A DNA stretch of 64,000 nt from Deltaproteobacteria bacterium (lineage in GTDB: Bacteria; Myxococcota_A; UBA9160; SMWR01), in assembly GCA_032128115.1 (NCBI GenBank), contig JAQBHB010000018.1, positions 1-64,000 on the forward strand. The letters run 5' to 3'. Positions within the stretch are counted from its first letter, which is position 1; every line of letters begins with the position of its first letter. Under the pieces are notes generated by a model. It made no database searches, had not been told where the DNA came from, and saw nothing but the letters and a program-made list of their open reading frames with translations. Made by a program: the position numbers and the translations under genes. Shown here in pieces: positions 61,203 to 64,000 of this stretch.

Positions 61203-62153
61203 TCATGCGGGATCCAGCCGGATCGCGGTCGTGCGACCAGCGATGGGGTCGATGGTGGTGCGGATGATTCCGCCCAGGTCGCGCACCAGCTCCAGCACCA
61301 GCTCCGGCTCGGCATCGCTGTCGGCGTCCGACTCTCCCGAGGGCGCAGCATCCACGATCGAGATCAGCACGCCGTCCGCGTCCAGGCGCCGTGCCGACAG
61401 GGTGACCGTCGCGGACTCGGGCGCGACCTCCAGGCGCTTGCGGAGCAGGTGCACCAGCGCCTGCTCCAGGCACACGGACTCCCCGGCTACCGGCGGCAGG
61501 CCATAGGCCGGCTGCACTTCGAGCTTCACTCCGCGCTCGGTAAACTCGTCGTCCATCTGCTCGCCGGCAGCGCGCACCACGGGCGCCACGTCGAACGACG
61601 AACCGGGTACCAGCGATCGCTGGGGAGCCCCGGACAGCTGGCCGAACTTGTCGTCGGACCAGCGCCGGATCCGACCCAAGGCGTTGATGCCGTCCTCGAT
61701 CACGCTGCGGTAGTGCTCGGCGCGCCGGCCGCGGATCTGGCCAAGCACATCGTCCAGGGCCGCTACCATCGCATCCAGGGGTTGGATCACGTCCCGGTAG
61801 ACCGACAGGAATCGCTCGTCGGACGCCGCCGCCTCCACCATCAGGATCACGACACCCACCCGGGAGTCCTCCGCCACGATCGGTGACGCCACGGCCGAGA
61901 AGCCGCCGCTACCCTGGCGAATGCGGAACCGGACGTTCTCGCCCTTCTCGCAGGCCTCGGCCACGCCGCGAAGCACCGCCTCGCGCGCGCCTCCTTCGAA
62001 CAGGTTCGCCAGGGGCTCGCCCGTCACCTCTGCCGCCAGCACCGAGAAGCTCGCCTCGAAGGCCGGATTCACGTATGCGGCGCGCCCGTCCGGATCGCCC
62101 ACCACGATGGGCGCATCCAGGTAGCTCAGCAGCGACGAAGATGCGGGGCTCAT
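61203..62153 (-). CDS. PAS domain protein with degenerate histidine-kinase-like C-terminus
   Basis: PAS: PIVVGDPDGRAAYVNPAF; kinase-like remnants RDVIQPL, LPPVAGE..LEQALVHLL, ISIVD, LGGII; SD AGGAG. Confidence 0.75.
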   Translation of the reverse strand: MSPASSSLLSYLDAPIVVGDPDGRAAYVNPAFEASFSVLAAEVTGEPLANLFEGGAREAVLRGVAEACEKGENVRFRIRQGSGGFSAVASPIVAEDSRVGVVILMVEAAASDERFLSVYRDVIQPLDAMVAALDDVLGQIRGRRAEHYRSVIEDGINALGRIRRWSDDKFGQLSGAPQRSLVPGSSFDVAPVVRAAGEQMDDEFTERGVKLEVQPAYGLPPVAGESVCLEQALVHLLRKRLEVAPESATVTLSARRLDADGVLISIVDAAPSGESDADSDAEPELVLELVRDLGGIIRTTIDPIAGRTTAIRLDPA

Positions 62154-63728
62154 CTACTTCTCCTGGGGAAGCTCGGTTCCCGCGTTCTCCAGGATGATGC
62201 GCTCGATCTCCTCCTCGGAGAGCGTCCCCGTGGCGTTCACGGTGATCGACTGCTCGCCGTCGGTCGCCAGATCTCGCGCCGATACACTGACGATGCCGTT
62301 CGCGTCGATCTCGAAGGCTACGTCGATCTCCGGTTCGCCCTTGGCGGCGCGTCGGATATCGCCGAGCACGAACTCGCCAAGCAGATGGTTCTCCGGGGCC
62401 CGATCGCTGTCACCCTGGAGAACGCGGATCTTCACGGCCGTCTGATCGTCCCGCGTGGTGGTGAAGATATGCGACTTGCGAACCGGCACGGTCGTGTTCT
62501 TCTCGATCAGCTTGGCGAAGTGGCCGTCGAAGGTCGCGATGCCCAGAGACATCGGCGTCACGTCGAGCAGCAGCAGATCGCGATCCTTCTCCACCAGAAC
62601 GCTGCCCTGGAGCGCCGCACCCACCGCCACGACCTCGTCCGGGTTCACGCCCTTGTGGGGTCGCTTGCCGAAGAACTCGGTCACCTTCTTCTGCACCATG
62701 GGCATGCGCGTCTGGCCGCCTACCAGCACCACGTGGTCGATCTGCTCCCGGGTGACGCCCGCGTCCTGCACGCACTTTTCGACGATCTCGAGTGTCTTGT
62801 CGACGATGTCCGAAACCAGCTCTTCCAGGGTCTCGCGACTGATCTCCATGTTCAGGTGACGCGCGCCGTTGGCATCGTTGGCGATGAACGGCAGGTTCAC
62901 CTCGGTGGTGTTCATGGCCGAGAGGTCGCACTTGGCCTTCTCCGCGGCGTCCTTCAGACGCTGCAGGGCCATGCGGTCGCCCCGCAGATCGATGCCCTCC
63001 TCCTGCTCGAACTGCTTCAGGATGTAGTCTACGAGCCGGCGATCCAGATCCTCGCCACCCAGGAACGTATTGCCGGCCGTGGCGAGCACCTCTACCACGC
63101 CCTCACCCAGTTCGAGCACCGAGATGTCGAAGGTTCCTCCGCCCAGGTCGTAGACGGCGATCTTCTCCTCCACCTTGTCCCGCGACAGGCCATAGGCCAG
63201 CGCGGCCGCGGTGGGCTCGTTGATGATGCGAAGCACCTCGAGCCCGGCGATCTTCCCGGCGTCCTTGGTGGATTGACGCTGGGTGTCATTGAAGTAGGCC
63301 GGCACGGTGATCACGGCCTCGGTCACGGGCTCGCCCAGGTATTCCTCGGCCACCCGCTTCATCTCGCGAAGGATGATTCCGGCGATCTCCGGGCACGAGA
63401 ACGTCTTGCCCGAGATCACGATGCGGGCTTCGTCGTTCTGGCCGCTGACGATCTCGTAAGGGCACAGTTCGATGGCGCGCTCGACCTCGGGCGAGTCGAA
63501 GCGGCGTCCAATCAGGCGCTTCGACGCGTAGACCGTGTCACGCGAATTCGTGATGGCCTGGCGTTTCGCGAGATGCCCCACGAGACGCTTGCCGTCCTGA
63601 GAGATCGCGAACATGGACGGGCTCGTCTTGTACCCCCCCACATTCGGAATCACGACCGGCTTGCCACCGTCCACCACGGCGACGCACGAGTTCATCGTGC
63701 CCAAGTCGATACCGATCACTCGGCTCAT
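62154..63728 (-). CDS. Hsp70/DnaK-family protein lacking the C-terminal lid
   Basis: [49 protein letters not shown] linker; stops at 524 aa after [10 protein letters not shown]. Confidence 0.92.
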   Translation of the reverse strand: MSRVIGIDLGTMNSCVAVVDGGKPVVIPNVGGYKTSPSMFAISQDGKRLVGHLAKRQAITNSRDTVYASKRLIGRRFDSPEVERAIELCPYEIVSGQNDEARIVISGKTFSCPEIAGIILREMKRVAEEYLGEPVTEAVITVPAYFNDTQRQSTKDAGKIAGLEVLRIINEPTAAALAYGLSRDKVEEKIAVYDLGGGTFDISVLELGEGVVEVLATAGNTFLGGEDLDRRLVDYILKQFEQEEGIDLRGDRMALQRLKDAAEKAKCDLSAMNTTEVNLPFIANDANGARHLNMEISRETLEELVSDIVDKTLEIVEKCVQDAGVTREQIDHVVLVGGQTRMPMVQKKVTEFFGKRPHKGVNPDEVVAVGAALQGSVLVEKDRDLLLLDVTPMSLGIATFDGHFAKLIEKNTTVPVRKSHIFTTTRDDQTAVKIRVLQGDSDRAPENHLLGEFVLGDIRRAAKGEPEIDVAFEIDANGIVSVSARDLATDGEQSITVNATGTLSEEEIERIILENAGTELPQEK

Positions 63729-64000
63729 CGGTTGCCTCCTCGCTTGCCCCTGCGATTGCGCAGCGATGCAAGTTGTTGCTCGGCCTTCGGGTCCCCGAGG
63801 CGTAGCGCTTCTTTGAACGCAGCCTCGGCCTTCTCCCGGATCCCCTGGGCGCGATAGACCGTGCCCAGCGTCGTGCGGTAGTTGCCCGCATCCGGATTCA
63901 CGTCACATGCGGTCTCTGCGTACTCGCGGGCCTTGTCGAACTCCCGGAGCTCGAGACACAGCGTCGCGGCGCGGTCGTTCATCTCCGCGTCACTGGGTCG
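63725..64000 (-). CDS. C-terminal part of a TPR-repeat protein (continues beyond window)
   Basis: AREYAETAC..NP..YRTTLGTVY..G..KAEAAFKEALRL; stop overlaps Hsp70 ATG. Confidence 0.7.
   Translation of the reverse strand, partial: RPSDAEMNDRAATLCLELREFDKAREYAETACDVNPDAGNYRTTLGTVYRAQGIREKAEAAFKEALRLGDPKAEQQLASLRNRRGKRGGNR

Noticed and set aside
62151..62156. Stop read-through fusing Hsp70 to the PAS protein (in-frame TAG-ATG)
   Set aside because: The PAS gene has its own AGGAG SD and ATG; no recoding signal or suppressor tRNA is visible.

Overview
A high-GC (about 70%) bacterial chromosomal segment whose gene content and order resemble Myxococcota/deltaproteobacteria (pilA-pilGHI-pilD, tgl-recO, DUF4388 proteins, a che cluster between nusB and lptE-holA-rpsT). 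Most genes are housekeeping and lie on the minus strand: a lolC/E-type permease, frameshifted prfB, lnt, ybeY, phoH, rpsT, holA, lptE, nusB-ribH-ribD-nrdR, an rpiB-glyA fusion, acpP-fabD-rpmF-yceD, gltX with tRNA-Gln, tRNA-Glu, glyQS, recO, korAB, icd-mdh-sucCD, aspS, argG and an Hsp70. I found no CRISPR array, integrase, transposase or rRNA. The most unusual items are: (1) a consensus sigma54 promoter and long structured leader upstream of two paralogous ECF sigma factors and a 63-aa soluble protein with no membrane anti-sigma; (2) a TPR protein, lid-less Hsp70 and PAS pseudo-histidine kinase operon; (3) a chemosensory cluster with no cheR/cheB and a doubly deleted cheY remnant; (4) clean absence of several genes from normally conserved operons; (5) a probable CTG start for phoH; (6) a Lol permease with about 245 extra membrane residues; (7) many short tandem duplications concentrated at gene starts and leaders. 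All calls come from reading motifs by eye; no database searches were run, so novelty is unverified. Start codons I adjusted from the ORF track rest on Shine-Dalgarno (SD) motifs or stop/start overlaps.
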